From positions 1 to 25,850 of the IMG/VR virus record IMGVR_UViG_3300012953_007654: DNA of 25,850 nt. One strand, written 5' to 3'. This DNA comes from a virus (Duplodnaviria; Caudoviricetes). The translations under genes were made by a program, and so were the position numbers. The notes below the pieces were generated by a model. It did no database searches. It worked only from the letters and a program-made list of their open reading frames with translations, and was not told the DNA's origin. Positions 7,606 to 18,547 of the stretch are shown here, in pieces; the first letter of the stretch is position 1; each line of letters opens with the position of its first letter.

Positions 7606-9609
7606 ATGGCACTAGATAAACAGAGACCAAAAGATATAAATTTTTTAAACAAAAATTTTACAGGATTACGTGGTGATTTAATCGACTTTGCAAAAGATTA
7701 TTTTCCATCATCATATTCAGATTTTAATGAAACAAGCCCAGGTATGATGTTCATAGAGATGGCTGCTTATGTCGGTGACATACTTTCATTTTATATTGAT
7801 GAACAATTTCGTGAATCACTATTAGCATACGCTGAAGAGAGAAAAACAGTTTTTGCAATAGCCCAATCTTACGGGTACAAACCTACAATATCTACACCTG
7901 CTCAAACAACACTAGAAGTATTTCAAACTGTTCCAGCAGCAGGGTCAGGTGACAATGTGACACCAAATTATTCTTACGGCTATAGAGTAAAGCCAGGATC
8001 TGTTGTTTCGGCAGACCAGTTTGGAAAAACATTTAGGTTAGTCGAAGAAGTAGATTTCAGTACATCAGGCTCACTTGATCCTGTAGAGACAAGTATTTAT
8101 GAGGTTGATGATTCGGGAAATCCTACTAAATTTTTATTAAAGAAAAATGCAAGGTGTGTTAGCGGTGAAGTTGTTAAAGAGACTTTTTCATTCGGATCTG
8201 CAAAAGCATATGACATGCTGACATTAGGAAGCAAAAATGTTTTAGAAGTAATATCTTGTATAGATTCAGATGGGAACAAGTGGTATCATGTAGATTCACT
8301 AGCACAAGACTTAATATATGATGAAGTTAGAAATGATGCAGAATTTGATCCCAATCTTGCTGCGTATAATGACACTACGCCATATATGCTAAAGCTCATC
8401 AGAACAAAGAAAAGATTTAAGACACATATAAAGCCGGATGGCACATTTCAATTACAGTTTGGTTCCGGAACAGCAACAGAAAATGATGAAGAAGTTATAC
8501 CTAATCCATCGACAGTTGGAAATTCAAATGTTAATTCTGATTTCTTAAATTCTAATTCAGCACTTGATCCTGCCAACTTTTTAGAAACCTCTGTTTACGG
8601 TCAGGCACCTGCAAATACAACATTAACTATAACATACTCTACTGGCGGTGGCATTGATGATAATGTACCTGCCAACTCTATAACATCAAAAAGAAGTGTT
8701 GATGCTGCTATTAATTCTGCAGGACTCGATGGAACACTTAGAGATGAATCATTAAATTCAATATCAGTTAATAATCCTTCTCCTGCTACAGGCGGCAAAG
8801 GTGCTGAAACAATAAAAGAGATAAAAGAAAATGTTAAACAATATTTTCAGGCACAGCAAAGGGCTGTATCAAAAGAGGACTACGTAACTAGAGTCTATAG
8901 TATGCCTTCTAAGTTTGGCAACATCTCAAAGATTTTTATAACACAAGACGACCAACTAAACTCAGGTCAAGGTGTAATACAAGGGCAAACTATCTCTCCA
9001 GAAGTTTTAATGGAAAAATATGTTGAGCCAAACGAACCTTTAAAAGTGCAAGACTTAGAAGTTCGAGTTCCTAATCCTATGGCACTAAACTTTTATGTGC
9101 TAGGATACAATAAACAAAAGAAACTAGAGCACGTTAATGAAGCGACAAAAAGAAACATTAAGACTTACCTAGGGCCTTATAGAATGCTGACAGACGCGGT
9201 CAACATTAAGGATGGATATATTATTAACATTGGCGTTAGATTTTCAATATATGCAAAAAAAGGATTTAACAAAGAAGAAATTATTTTTAAGTGCATTCAA
9301 AAAGTAAAAGATTATTTTAATGTAGACAAATGGCAAATAAATCAACCAATTATATTAAGCGACATTGCATATGAGATTTCTCTTGTTGAAGGCGTAAATA
9401 GTGTTGTACCACCAATTGAAAATAATCCTGATGGGAGTTTAATTATAATAAATAATAAATTTAATAAAGCTAGCGGCTACTCAGGCAATATTTTTGATAT
9501 ATCAACAGCAGTTAAAAATGGTGTTGTGTACCCATCACTAGACCCTTCAATTTTTGAAATAAGATTTCCTGACATAGACATTGTCGGTAAGTGCTTAGGA
9601 GATTATTAA
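7606..9609 (+). CDS. Baseplate wedge subunit, T4 gp6-like (baseplate J-like)
   Basis: DFNETSPGMMFIEMAAYVGDILSFYID; LQFGSG; ATGGKGAETIKEIK; QQRAVSKEDY motifs. Follows gp25. Confidence 0.92.
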   Translation: MALDKQRPKDINFLNKNFTGLRGDLIDFAKDYFPSSYSDFNETSPGMMFIEMAAYVGDILSFYIDEQFRESLLAYAEERKTVFAIAQSYGYKPTISTPAQTTLEVFQTVPAAGSGDNVTPNYSYGYRVKPGSVVSADQFGKTFRLVEEVDFSTSGSLDPVETSIYEVDDSGNPTKFLLKKNARCVSGEVVKETFSFGSAKAYDMLTLGSKNVLEVISCIDSDGNKWYHVDSLAQDLIYDEVRNDAEFDPNLAAYNDTTPYMLKLIRTKKRFKTHIKPDGTFQLQFGSGTATENDEEVIPNPSTVGNSNVNSDFLNSNSALDPANFLETSVYGQAPANTTLTITYSTGGGIDDNVPANSITSKRSVDAAINSAGLDGTLRDESLNSISVNNPSPATGGKGAETIKEIKENVKQYFQAQQRAVSKEDYVTRVYSMPSKFGNISKIFITQDDQLNSGQGVIQGQTISPEVLMEKYVEPNEPLKVQDLEVRVPNPMALNFYVLGYNKQKKLEHVNEATKRNIKTYLGPYRMLTDAVNIKDGYIINIGVRFSIYAKKGFNKEEIIFKCIQKVKDYFNVDKWQINQPIILSDIAYEISLVEGVNSVVPPIENNPDGSLIIINNKFNKASGYSGNIFDISTAVKNGVVYPSLDPSIFEIRFPDIDIVGKCLGDY

Positions 9610-10718
9610 TGGCACATTATTTTGTAGGAGTAAATAAAGACGCATCACTCATAAGAGGTGCAGACACACTAGGCACATCAAGTAATTTTAACTTAGGCGG
9701 TGATGAAGTATTAGAAGTTGGAAAAACATTCCAAGCAGCATCAACTAGTGTTGGAACAATTCAAAGATTTGTTTTACAATTTCCAGTAACTAGAATATCC
9801 AAATCAATGGCAGATGGCTCAATAACTAGCGATGCAAAATATTACTTAAACTTATATGACGCAGGATCATTTGAATTGACAAGAGATAATAATAATATTT
9901 CTGTAAATGTTGTATCACAAAGTTGGACTGAAGGTGACGGTAAATTATCTGATGATCCGCATATACGAGAAGGCGTTAGCTGGCGATACAGAACAGGTGA
10001 AACAGGCTCTTTAGAATGGTTTTCTGGAAGCGAAGCAAAATGGGGAGCAACTTATTACACAGGATCTGGTTACTCTGCGTCATTCTCTTTTAGCAAAACA
10101 GGATCTGACGCGAGAATAGATATCACAGACATAGTTCACACATTCGTTAGTGGCTCAGTACCTAATGAAGGCTTAGTAGTTAGGCGGTCCACGACAATAG
10201 AAGACTCAACACAAAACTATGGTATTTTAAAATTCTTCTCATCAGACTCTCATACGATTTTTAAGCCAACAATAGAGGCTGTTTGGGACGATGCTGTATG
10301 GGCTACTGGCTCTTTAGGACCGCTTGATTTAGATGAGTTAGGAAAAATAGAAGCTTATATGACCAGTCTCAGACCTCAGTATAGAAAAGGTACAGTATCT
10401 AAAATAAGAGTACACGGAAGAGAAAGGTATCCAGCAAGGACTTTTGGCACTTCATCAGCTTACTTGACGACTCAATATTTCCCATCAGCATCAAGCTTTT
10501 ATTCTATAAAAGATGCAAAAACAAATCATACAATTATACCGTTCGGAAGTGGATCAAAACTAAGCTGTGATTCAACAGGCAACTTTTTTAAATTAAGAAC
10601 TGAAGGACTGGAACCTGAAAGGTATTACGATATTTCTTTTAAGGTTGTGAGTGGAAGTGGTATAAACGAAACAATACAATTTTTAGATAATAAAATATCA
10701 TTTAAGGTGGTCGAATAA
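9609..10718 (+). CDS. Virion structural protein with a DNRLRE/CBM96-like N-terminal domain
   Basis: True start probably ATG 9609 (TAATG overlap). DASL...NLGGDEVLEV...RFVLQF...SWTEG...DITDIV...NEGLVV...FFSSD..P matches the DNRLRE-like pattern. Confidence 0.6.
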   Translation: MAHYFVGVNKDASLIRGADTLGTSSNFNLGGDEVLEVGKTFQAASTSVGTIQRFVLQFPVTRISKSMADGSITSDAKYYLNLYDAGSFELTRDNNNISVNVVSQSWTEGDGKLSDDPHIREGVSWRYRTGETGSLEWFSGSEAKWGATYYTGSGYSASFSFSKTGSDARIDITDIVHTFVSGSVPNEGLVVRRSTTIEDSTQNYGILKFFSSDSHTIFKPTIEAVWDDAVWATGSLGPLDLDELGKIEAYMTSLRPQYRKGTVSKIRVHGRERYPARTFGTSSAYLTTQYFPSASSFYSIKDAKTNHTIIPFGSGSKLSCDSTGNFFKLRTEGLEPERYYDISFKVVSGSGINETIQFLDNKISFKVVE

Positions 10719-11041
10719 TGCCGTATACAGAAGAAGAGTTACAAGATAATTTACATTATCAGTCTTTAAAAGAAAGAGACGAGATTAAATACGAACAGAA
10801 GTTTCAAAAAGATTTATCGAAATTTTTACAAAAAAATCTTAAAGCAGGCTCCGAGCCGAATAAAGTTTTAAAAACTTCTTTGAGAGATGGTAATGGTGTT
10901 ATAAGGCTTTTTGAGAATTTTAGTAATGGTGAGACATATTCTAATTTATCACAAAAATTATATGTCGAAGTTTATCAAAGAAGATACAGAACAAAAGAAG
11001 ACACATTCGATTATATTGACAGAGAATTTAAGGAGCTGTAA
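10718..11041 (+). CDS. Hypothetical structural-region protein
   Basis: TAATG-coupled on both sides; ends IDREFKEL. Confidence 0.75.
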   Translation: MPYTEEELQDNLHYQSLKERDEIKYEQKFQKDLSKFLQKNLKAGSEPNKVLKTSLRDGNGVIRLFENFSNGETYSNLSQKLYVEVYQRRYRTKEDTFDYIDREFKEL

Positions 11042-14000
11042 TGGCATACGACGCAAAGTCTAAACGACTACAAATTCTACCGGAAAAAATCCAGGGATTA
11101 GTCACACTACCAGAAACAAAAGACTGGACCCCATACAGAGATACAAATTACTATCCACAATTTGTAAGTGAGACGTATGAGTCAAGTAAGTGGCCTGACC
11201 TAAAGTATGGTCAGCATGAAGATGATCTTATAAAAGTTAATGTTTATGGTGACGATAATATTTTAATAACAACAACTTATGTTAACAGTGATGAATTTCA
11301 AAGTGAAGTAGACAATGATCTAGATATTCCTGTAATACAAATAGATGCTGCAAAAATATTAAAAGATCTTGGATTTAGAAGGGGTAGATTTAAAATAAAA
11401 TTTTGCTTTTATAGACTGATGTTTGGTAGCCCTTATCCATTATTAGTAAACGGTGAAGAGAAAATTTATTTTGGTGGGTTTGAAGAAGATGATACAAATA
11501 AAATGTTTGCTCTTGATGATCACACAGCATCAGAAACATCAATAGGCGATAGAGTATTTTCAAAAGAAGATAAAGCAATACTGACTAGAATATCTTCTGA
11601 TAGAACAGAAATAGTTTTATCACCGAACTTTATTAATGACTCAAGCTATTTAGAGAGATTTAGAATTGCTGCATATACATGCTTAAATGATTTTCCTATA
11701 GAAGACGAAGGGGTTAAGTTTGCAGATGGAGAAGACTCAAATTATCTTACTGTTGTCAGTGATAACTCTGTCTCTAGAAAATATATAAATGGAATGATAA
11801 GAATTAATGATGCATACTTTTTAGGAAAAAGAGTTGTACCTGCGCTAAATGCATCTATTGTTGTCGAGCCTGCATTTACAACTGAACCGAAACCGGTAAA
11901 CTTATTAAGAGGTAGATATTTAGATAGCGACTATCAATGGAGAGGACACAGCCCATTTCCAAATGAAGATGCAGTTAATTCAATATCACAAGACAACCCA
12001 ACATTATTAGGTACAGAAACTGTTGTTAAACAAACACCTGTAGGCAATCAATGTGTTAGAGTTTTCTATCAGACAACAGCAAATCATTCTACAGATGCAA
12101 ATCATTCTTTCTGCTTGTCACCGTATTTAAAAATACACAGAGAAATAAACAATCAAGAATTTACTTTTAGTGCATACGTTCAAGGTGTTAAAGATAGTAA
12201 AGTTAGATTATTAGCACATGCTGGTCCCTGGGGTATTGAATCAACAACATCTAGATCGCCGCTGTTTGAGGTCACAGGTAAGTGGCAAAGAATATCACAC
12301 ACATTTACTCTATCAGAAGTCGGTGAAGGAAATGATGTTATTACGCTAAGAGTTGTAATATATCCTAATGGACAATTTAACCCTAGCCTTGAGACAGCAA
12401 TAGGGACAGAATATTTTCTTGCAGGTGGTCAGCTAGAGATAGGATCATCAGCTAGCCAATTTACTAGAAATGAAGATGAATCTTCTGAAGAAATAGAGAT
12501 AGCTGAATCTGGTACAATTAAATTTATCGATCCTGATAGCGATGATCCTATTATAAAAAGAACTCTTAAGGCAGATCTTGGTTCTGGCGATGAGATATTC
12601 ATACAGAAGATGGTTGGCTCTAATATCTTAATTAGAGATGCAATGACAATAGATGATCTCAGCTCTCAGATGGTCACAAATGAACTTGATCTAAGAGAAA
12701 TAAGACACCTACAACCTTATATAAATTCTTCTTATGAAATTCCTGGTTCTTATGTTGGATCAAAATCATGGACTCAGTTAGGTGTAGACTTCTCATTTCA
12801 GTGGGATACAAATTTACACTCACAAGCAGTTGCTCAAAAAGATGAGTATGATAGAGGACTATGGTCAAACGGCTTTAGTACACTTAACCCTGCTGCTAAA
12901 TGGGAACAAGTTGGAGATGCAGCTGTTGGTTATCACGCACACTGGCTAAAAGACAAGGGAGTTGATAACGAGTTATGTATGTATTTTCCTGACCTCAACT
13001 ACTTGCCAGAAATATTAGAACAAAGAAAAGTATTATCACTCGCAGCGTACAACGATCCAGTTACAGGATATTATGTAAGAGACGGGCTAGAAGATCCGAG
13101 AATAACAGGTGATGTAATTAATTCAGAAAGATTCAAGCACAGATGGTTGTCAATAGGAACTGGAGTTGGCGGACAGTATGGTGATAGTAGTGCTATTGGG
13201 GCTTTGGCAGCTTATGGCGCAAAGCCAGGAGATACAGTAAGAATTACATGGCAACAAAAAGCAATACCTCAAAATCCTGACTTTGATAACGGAGGAAGAA
13301 AAGGTGCACAAGTACAATTACTACATTATTATAAAGAAGTTATCGAGTCTCCTTCAACACCGTTTATCACAGGACAAGATATTAGAAATGAAATGATTGA
13401 TCTAATAACAGGATTCTACAGAGAAGGATTGACAAACTCATTAATTGTAAATGTTTTAAATAATATTTACGATGAAGTAAATGCATCAAGAAAAGGATAT
13501 ACATCAGGTAATGGTATTAAAAATTATAGAGTTGAAATTGTAGAAGGTAATGTTAACCCTGTTGCAATAGAAAACATAGAGATGGAAGATGAAATATTTG
13601 CTGTTACAGAAGATAAAGTTAGTTTCATTACAAAATTAGAAGATAAAACTGAACTAAGAACAGTTGATGTATCAGCAGATGTACCAGATTCTCAGATGAG
13701 AAAAACTGATTTTATATTTGGAACACGAGCATCTACTAATGAAGATGATACAAAAATATTAGGAACATCCGGACGACCTCCAGCAGAAGGGCCTACTGCG
13801 TGTGGTTATACAGAATTTGGATCTGTTACTAATTCAAGCTCAAATATTTCACCATTAGGTGAGAACAAACCTCCATTACCTTCTCCAAGTAATAGGCCAC
13901 CTTTAGATGATTATAATGACTGGAACTGGTCTGGAGTAAAGTGGATTATTGACGGTGACTTAGTTGCAGCTGGATGGAGTTATATAGGGCAAAATCCTGT

Positions 14001-17000
14001 AGGAGAAAGATGGGTGCAAACTGGTATTAATGATCCTGAAAATACGGGTGAAGGATTTATTATGCCTGCTATAGTTGCTATTGGTGGATTTGTTTATTTG
14101 TCTGAAGCCTTAGGTTGGGTATGGGATGGGTCTGAGTGGCAGTCGATGATAACCTTATTACAAAAAGAATCATTTTACTATGTAAGCCCTAGCACAATAC
14201 CGTTTTATCAAAGTTTGGCAAACGGAAATTATGAGACTAGTTATACAGATGTTCAGCCTTATCCTTCATCAGAAATTATTAATAATGATATTACAAATTC
14301 ACCTGATGGTAATTGGAAGTGGAATGGAGTTCAATGGAATTATGTCGCCGGACAAACAGAAGAAGAACTGCAGACAGGTGCAGACGGTGTTAGGTCTTTT
14401 ACAAAAACAACTCTAACAGATACTTTGACAAAAAATACAGACGGTACTGTTGCAACAAGATCGAAAGGTTATGTTACTTGTCATGAATTAGGTGAATGGG
14501 AAGAAGCGCACTTTGATTTTATTATACCAGAAGACAATTCATTTGGGCTGTATACAAATTGTGGCATTAGAATGTTAGGCCACAAAGGTGGTTTTGGTGA
14601 GTTGTGGGTTGACAAAGTAAGGATTGATATTTTGTTGACATCAAACGAAAGAATTAAAGTAGATCAAACTGCAAAGCTAGGTCCTATACTTTTAAAAATA
14701 GAAGAAGTCTTAGAGAATGACACTATTGTTGTAGAGCAGACGTATGACGAAGCTGCAGACGAACAAGGAAGAGTGGACGCAAACATACCTGTTAATAAAT
14801 ACACATCATTTGGTGGCGGCTATGAAGTGGGTTATGTCGAAGAAGATGAAGTAATTGAAGACATAATGGCAAGGTATGAAGGAAAAATTTTAGACATAGA
14901 AGGTAATAAATTAATAGTTGATAAGTCATACAGAGAATTTGGTGGAACAATAAACGCAATAAGCGGAAGTGTAGATTCACCAAATATAGAACATCAGTTT
15001 AATGATTATTTTGTAAGATACAGACTTAAAGATTCTGATAATTTATACACTAAGGTCGTATTTGGTGGAGATGTTGAATCAGTTGTTGTTAACTTTAAAC
15101 CTGTAAATGCAACTAATTATCCTGGATCTATAGCTTATAAATTATTGGAGCCCTTGCCAGATGAGATAACTGAATTTGATTCTGCATATATTGCGTCAGA
15201 AGTAACTCCTGATCTTGTAGAGACTGTTGATCTTGTTCCTTTTATAGATGAGGTAATACCTGATACTGTTTTAAAGGCACCAAAGCTTAGTGAAATAGAA
15301 CCAGTTATTGTGAAGCGTGAAACTGAATACAGAAGCCATACTGATCTTGTAGGCGTTAACACTGATGTTAGACAACAATTAGAAGATAAGATATTTAGCG
15401 GTAGCTTATTAGATGTCAGTATAAATGTTGACTATAGTATCTTTGAAAACTTCTCACACTTCGGATCAGTTGAAAAGCGAGTTAATAATTTTAAAGATAA
15501 ATTAGAAACAATAGAATTGTATACACAAAAAAGCCAGTCTTTAGGAGGTACATCACAAACGCCGTACATTACAGGACAAACATCTGGTTCAATTGTTTCA
15601 GGATCATCAGACCAAATGAAATTTTGGAATATGGAAAAAAGAAAAGTTATAAATGGTTTTGATGATTTTGAAAACTATATGTTTAATGTAAGCTCTTCAT
15701 ATATTTCTAGTTCTAATGGAATAGAGTATGATAATGCTGCACCTAAATTTTCTGGTGATGGCACATTGACAAATCCTTATAAATTATTTTCTGTTAGCAG
15801 TTCTGAATTTACAACATGGCATACTAATTTGATTTCGTCAGCATCAGTGTTTGATAGAAAAAATACAAATAGGTTGATAAATTTAATCCCAGCACACGTC
15901 ACATATGATGTTGATAATGAACCCTTTATAAGATTTATGGACATGATGGGCCACCATTACGATATTATATGGACACATATTAAGGCAATGACAGATGTTC
16001 ATGAAAGAAGCGAAGATATAACAAAAGGTATATCAGCACAACTAGTTCAACCTGTCGCAGAATCACTAGGGTTTACGATGTTGGAAGGCAGAGATCTTGT
16101 TAGAATGCCTCAATATCATTTAGGTCTTGCTGAATCAGGAAGCAGAACAGGTGAATTTAATGTTAGATTTACAAAGAAGTCACAACAAGATGTTACAAGA
16201 GAAATATGGAATAGAATACTTTCTACTATGCCATACATTCTAAAAACAAAAGGTACGAAGCAATCACTTAAGGCACTAATTGCTGCTTATGGTATTCCAA
16301 CTTCAATATTAAGAATACAAGAATACGGCGGACCAAAAATAGAAGGAGGTTCACCTGAGTTTGAAATAAAACAGAGATATACATACGCGTTAGATTTTCA
16401 CGGATCACAAAGATTAGCATCACCGTGGTATAGAAATACTCTTACAGACAGAACAAGTGACACAATAGAATTTAGATTTAAAACTGGAATAGAAAGGAAT
16501 ACATTAATAGCTACAAAAAATAATTCTAGTAATATGGTTGAATCTGCGATTTATATCCACAACGTTAGCGGATCAGACACAAAAGGCAAACTAGCATTTG
16601 CACTATCTGGGAGTGAAGGATTTGTTACTGCTAGTTTACAACCTCTGCCATTTTATAATAACGAATACTGGTCTGTAATGGTCAGGCGTCGTCAAGCTTC
16701 AATAAGCAGCAGTTATTCCGAACAGTCACTTACAGGTGAGACAACTCAAGCAACACACAGCTTTGATATTTATGCAGGATTCTATGATTCAGGCACAGAT
16801 GAAATTATTACTAAAGCATCTGCTAGCATGACGCTATCTGGTTCTAGTTTGCTTGCAAGCTGGTACGCATCAAGTTCAATAGGTGATAATTACTGGCAAA
16901 TTGGTGGTAAGACACAGACAAGTGAAGAAAACACATTATACGGAAGTAAATTTTCAGGCTCAATAATGGAATGGAGATATTGGAGCACACCTTTAAAAGA

Positions 17001-18477
17001 GGCAGCATTTTTTAACCATGTTTCTGCACCAAAGGCAATTAACGGAAATCATGAAAGCTCATCATTTTATGATATGAACTTAAGATTTTCTATGGATGAC
17101 AAAGCAAATTTAAATTCTAGTCCAAACGTTGTAAGAGATTATTCTTTAACAGGTGGCCAAGTATACGCAACTGGATCTGGATTTGCTAATGCAATAAACT
17201 TTAGTTCTGTTTCTGATAGACAAAAAGGATTTATTCCTTCAATAGGACTTAATAAAACTTCTAACAAACTTAGACTAGACAACAGAAAAACAATTTACTC
17301 AGATGGCGTGCCACCTGTCTTAAGTACAACTGAAAGAGTTGAGTTGAGCTCATACGACACAGCACCACTTGATTCAAATAAGCTAGGAATATTTTTTGCA
17401 CCAAGTGATGTTATAAATGAAGATATTATATTGTCATTAGCTGACTTGGACTTTGGATCTTATTTAGGTGATCCAAGAGACACATATGCAGACAGATATT
17501 ACCACGGAAGATTAGATAGAATATCAGACACATATTGGAAAAAATGGACAACAAAATTTAATTTTTGGGATTATCTAAAATTAATAAAATATTATGATTT
17601 AAGTTTATTTGATCACCTTAGAAAACTTTCACCTGCGAGAGCTAAGAAAAATATTGGTATATTAATAGAGCCAACTTTGTTAGAAAGACCTAAAGTAATT
17701 GTTGGTAACAAGCCTTTTGTAGAAGAAAGAAACTATAGAGGCAGAATAAGACATTACACGCTCTATAGCCAAAGTGCCGCAGAATACACAAAGTCAGGAT
17801 CTATAAACCTTCCGTTTGACGGATTACTGACATCATCAAATGATATGTATACATCACAAATGAGTGGAAAGGTCTATAACTTAGACACAGGATCATATGA
17901 AAGTAGAACATCTAAATTAAACATATTATCTCATAGAAAATACACATCTTCTAGAGACGATATGGCTTCACATTTTAAGTGGTCATATGAGGCAAATGTC
18001 CCACTAACATCTAGCAAAGATGACTATGAGTCTATTGCAAATGCAAATAGATTTAATTATGAACAGTTTAGAGGGTTTAAAGTTGATCCGTTAATTGATC
18101 CGCTAGAAAGAAATTATACTGAAGGTGAGGTTTATTCTGGTGGTGGAGGAAATATTTTTCATGAAGTTTTAATGCCAATGGCTACTTCATCTGTTAAGTC
18201 TGCTTTAAATGATGATAGAATATATCACTATAGTTCATCGATAAGTAAATCACTTAACCTATGGTATTCTTCATCGTTTGAAAAGTCTGAAAAAGAATCA
18301 TTATTTACATCACATACAGGCATGTTTAATTTAATGTATGGGGGCTGCTTAGAAAACGGAGACACAATACCTGATGGAAATAAAATTGCTGTTGAAATAA
18401 CTGAAGTTAATCCTTACAGGGTAACCTCTAGAAGATCAGGCGATTCGTTCGTTGATGTTCAATTAGACAATGAATAA
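11041..18477 (+). CDS. Giant (2478 aa) baseplate wedge protein, gp7-like, with CBM-like jelly-roll and LamG-like domains
   Basis: Wedge-like motifs FMDMMGHHYD and EIWNRIL..MPYILKTKGT..SLKALIAAYGIP. CBM-like FTFSAYV...WQRISHTF...QLEIGS. LamG-like TIEFRFKT...YWSVMV...FSGSIMEWRYW. C-terminal KLSPARA..GILIEP. Confidence 0.75.
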   Translation: MAYDAKSKRLQILPEKIQGLVTLPETKDWTPYRDTNYYPQFVSETYESSKWPDLKYGQHEDDLIKVNVYGDDNILITTTYVNSDEFQSEVDNDLDIPVIQIDAAKILKDLGFRRGRFKIKFCFYRLMFGSPYPLLVNGEEKIYFGGFEEDDTNKMFALDDHTASETSIGDRVFSKEDKAILTRISSDRTEIVLSPNFINDSSYLERFRIAAYTCLNDFPIEDEGVKFADGEDSNYLTVVSDNSVSRKYINGMIRINDAYFLGKRVVPALNASIVVEPAFTTEPKPVNLLRGRYLDSDYQWRGHSPFPNEDAVNSISQDNPTLLGTETVVKQTPVGNQCVRVFYQTTANHSTDANHSFCLSPYLKIHREINNQEFTFSAYVQGVKDSKVRLLAHAGPWGIESTTSRSPLFEVTGKWQRISHTFTLSEVGEGNDVITLRVVIYPNGQFNPSLETAIGTEYFLAGGQLEIGSSASQFTRNEDESSEEIEIAESGTIKFIDPDSDDPIIKRTLKADLGSGDEIFIQKMVGSNILIRDAMTIDDLSSQMVTNELDLREIRHLQPYINSSYEIPGSYVGSKSWTQLGVDFSFQWDTNLHSQAVAQKDEYDRGLWSNGFSTLNPAAKWEQVGDAAVGYHAHWLKDKGVDNELCMYFPDLNYLPEILEQRKVLSLAAYNDPVTGYYVRDGLEDPRITGDVINSERFKHRWLSIGTGVGGQYGDSSAIGALAAYGAKPGDTVRITWQQKAIPQNPDFDNGGRKGAQVQLLHYYKEVIESPSTPFITGQDIRNEMIDLITGFYREGLTNSLIVNVLNNIYDEVNASRKGYTSGNGIKNYRVEIVEGNVNPVAIENIEMEDEIFAVTEDKVSFITKLEDKTELRTVDVSADVPDSQMRKTDFIFGTRASTNEDDTKILGTSGRPPAEGPTACGYTEFGSVTNSSSNISPLGENKPPLPSPSNRPPLDDYNDWNWSGVKWIIDGDLVAAGWSYIGQNPVGERWVQTGINDPENTGEGFIMPAIVAIGGFVYLSEALGWVWDGSEWQSMITLLQKESFYYVSPSTIPFYQSLANGNYETSYTDVQPYPSSEIINNDITNSPDGNWKWNGVQWNYVAGQTEEELQTGADGVRSFTKTTLTDTLTKNTDGTVATRSKGYVTCHELGEWEEAHFDFIIPEDNSFGLYTNCGIRMLGHKGGFGELWVDKVRIDILLTSNERIKVDQTAKLGPILLKIEEVLENDTIVVEQTYDEAADEQGRVDANIPVNKYTSFGGGYEVGYVEEDEVIEDIMARYEGKILDIEGNKLIVDKSYREFGGTINAISGSVDSPNIEHQFNDYFVRYRLKDSDNLYTKVVFGGDVESVVVNFKPVNATNYPGSIAYKLLEPLPDEITEFDSAYIASEVTPDLVETVDLVPFIDEVIPDTVLKAPKLSEIEPVIVKRETEYRSHTDLVGVNTDVRQQLEDKIFSGSLLDVSINVDYSIFENFSHFGSVEKRVNNFKDKLETIELYTQKSQSLGGTSQTPYITGQTSGSIVSGSSDQMKFWNMEKRKVINGFDDFENYMFNVSSSYISSSNGIEYDNAAPKFSGDGTLTNPYKLFSVSSSEFTTWHTNLISSASVFDRKNTNRLINLIPAHVTYDVDNEPFIRFMDMMGHHYDIIWTHIKAMTDVHERSEDITKGISAQLVQPVAESLGFTMLEGRDLVRMPQYHLGLAESGSRTGEFNVRFTKKSQQDVTREIWNRILSTMPYILKTKGTKQSLKALIAAYGIPTSILRIQEYGGPKIEGGSPEFEIKQRYTYALDFHGSQRLASPWYRNTLTDRTSDTIEFRFKTGIERNTLIATKNNSSNMVESAIYIHNVSGSDTKGKLAFALSGSEGFVTASLQPLPFYNNEYWSVMVRRRQASISSSYSEQSLTGETTQATHSFDIYAGFYDSGTDEIITKASASMTLSGSSLLASWYASSSIGDNYWQIGGKTQTSEENTLYGSKFSGSIMEWRYWSTPLKEAAFFNHVSAPKAINGNHESSSFYDMNLRFSMDDKANLNSSPNVVRDYSLTGGQVYATGSGFANAINFSSVSDRQKGFIPSIGLNKTSNKLRLDNRKTIYSDGVPPVLSTTERVELSSYDTAPLDSNKLGIFFAPSDVINEDIILSLADLDFGSYLGDPRDTYADRYYHGRLDRISDTYWKKWTTKFNFWDYLKLIKYYDLSLFDHLRKLSPARAKKNIGILIEPTLLERPKVIVGNKPFVEERNYRGRIRHYTLYSQSAAEYTKSGSINLPFDGLLTSSNDMYTSQMSGKVYNLDTGSYESRTSKLNILSHRKYTSSRDDMASHFKWSYEANVPLTSSKDDYESIANANRFNYEQFRGFKVDPLIDPLERNYTEGEVYSGGGGNIFHEVLMPMATSSVKSALNDDRIYHYSSSISKSLNLWYSSSFEKSEKESLFTSHTGMFNLMYGGCLENGDTIPDGNKIAVEITEVNPYRVTSRRSGDSFVDVQLDNE

Positions 18478-18499
18478 AAGAATTATTTTTGATAACGAG

Positions 18500-18508
18500 A
18501 TATTTATA
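18500..18508 (+). promoter_or_regulatory. Putative late promoter ATATTTATA
   Basis: Intergenic, upstream of the GGAG SD and ATG 18548. Confidence 0.65.
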
Positions 18509-18547
18509 TAAAAGTTCTAAATATCTTAAGAAATTGGAGAGAAAACA

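Noticed and set aside
11041-18477. Intein or mobile element explaining the size of the giant ORF
   Set aside because: No intein N-terminal block, HN-C/S/T junction or LAGLIDADG motif recognised; the inserts look like adhesion domains.
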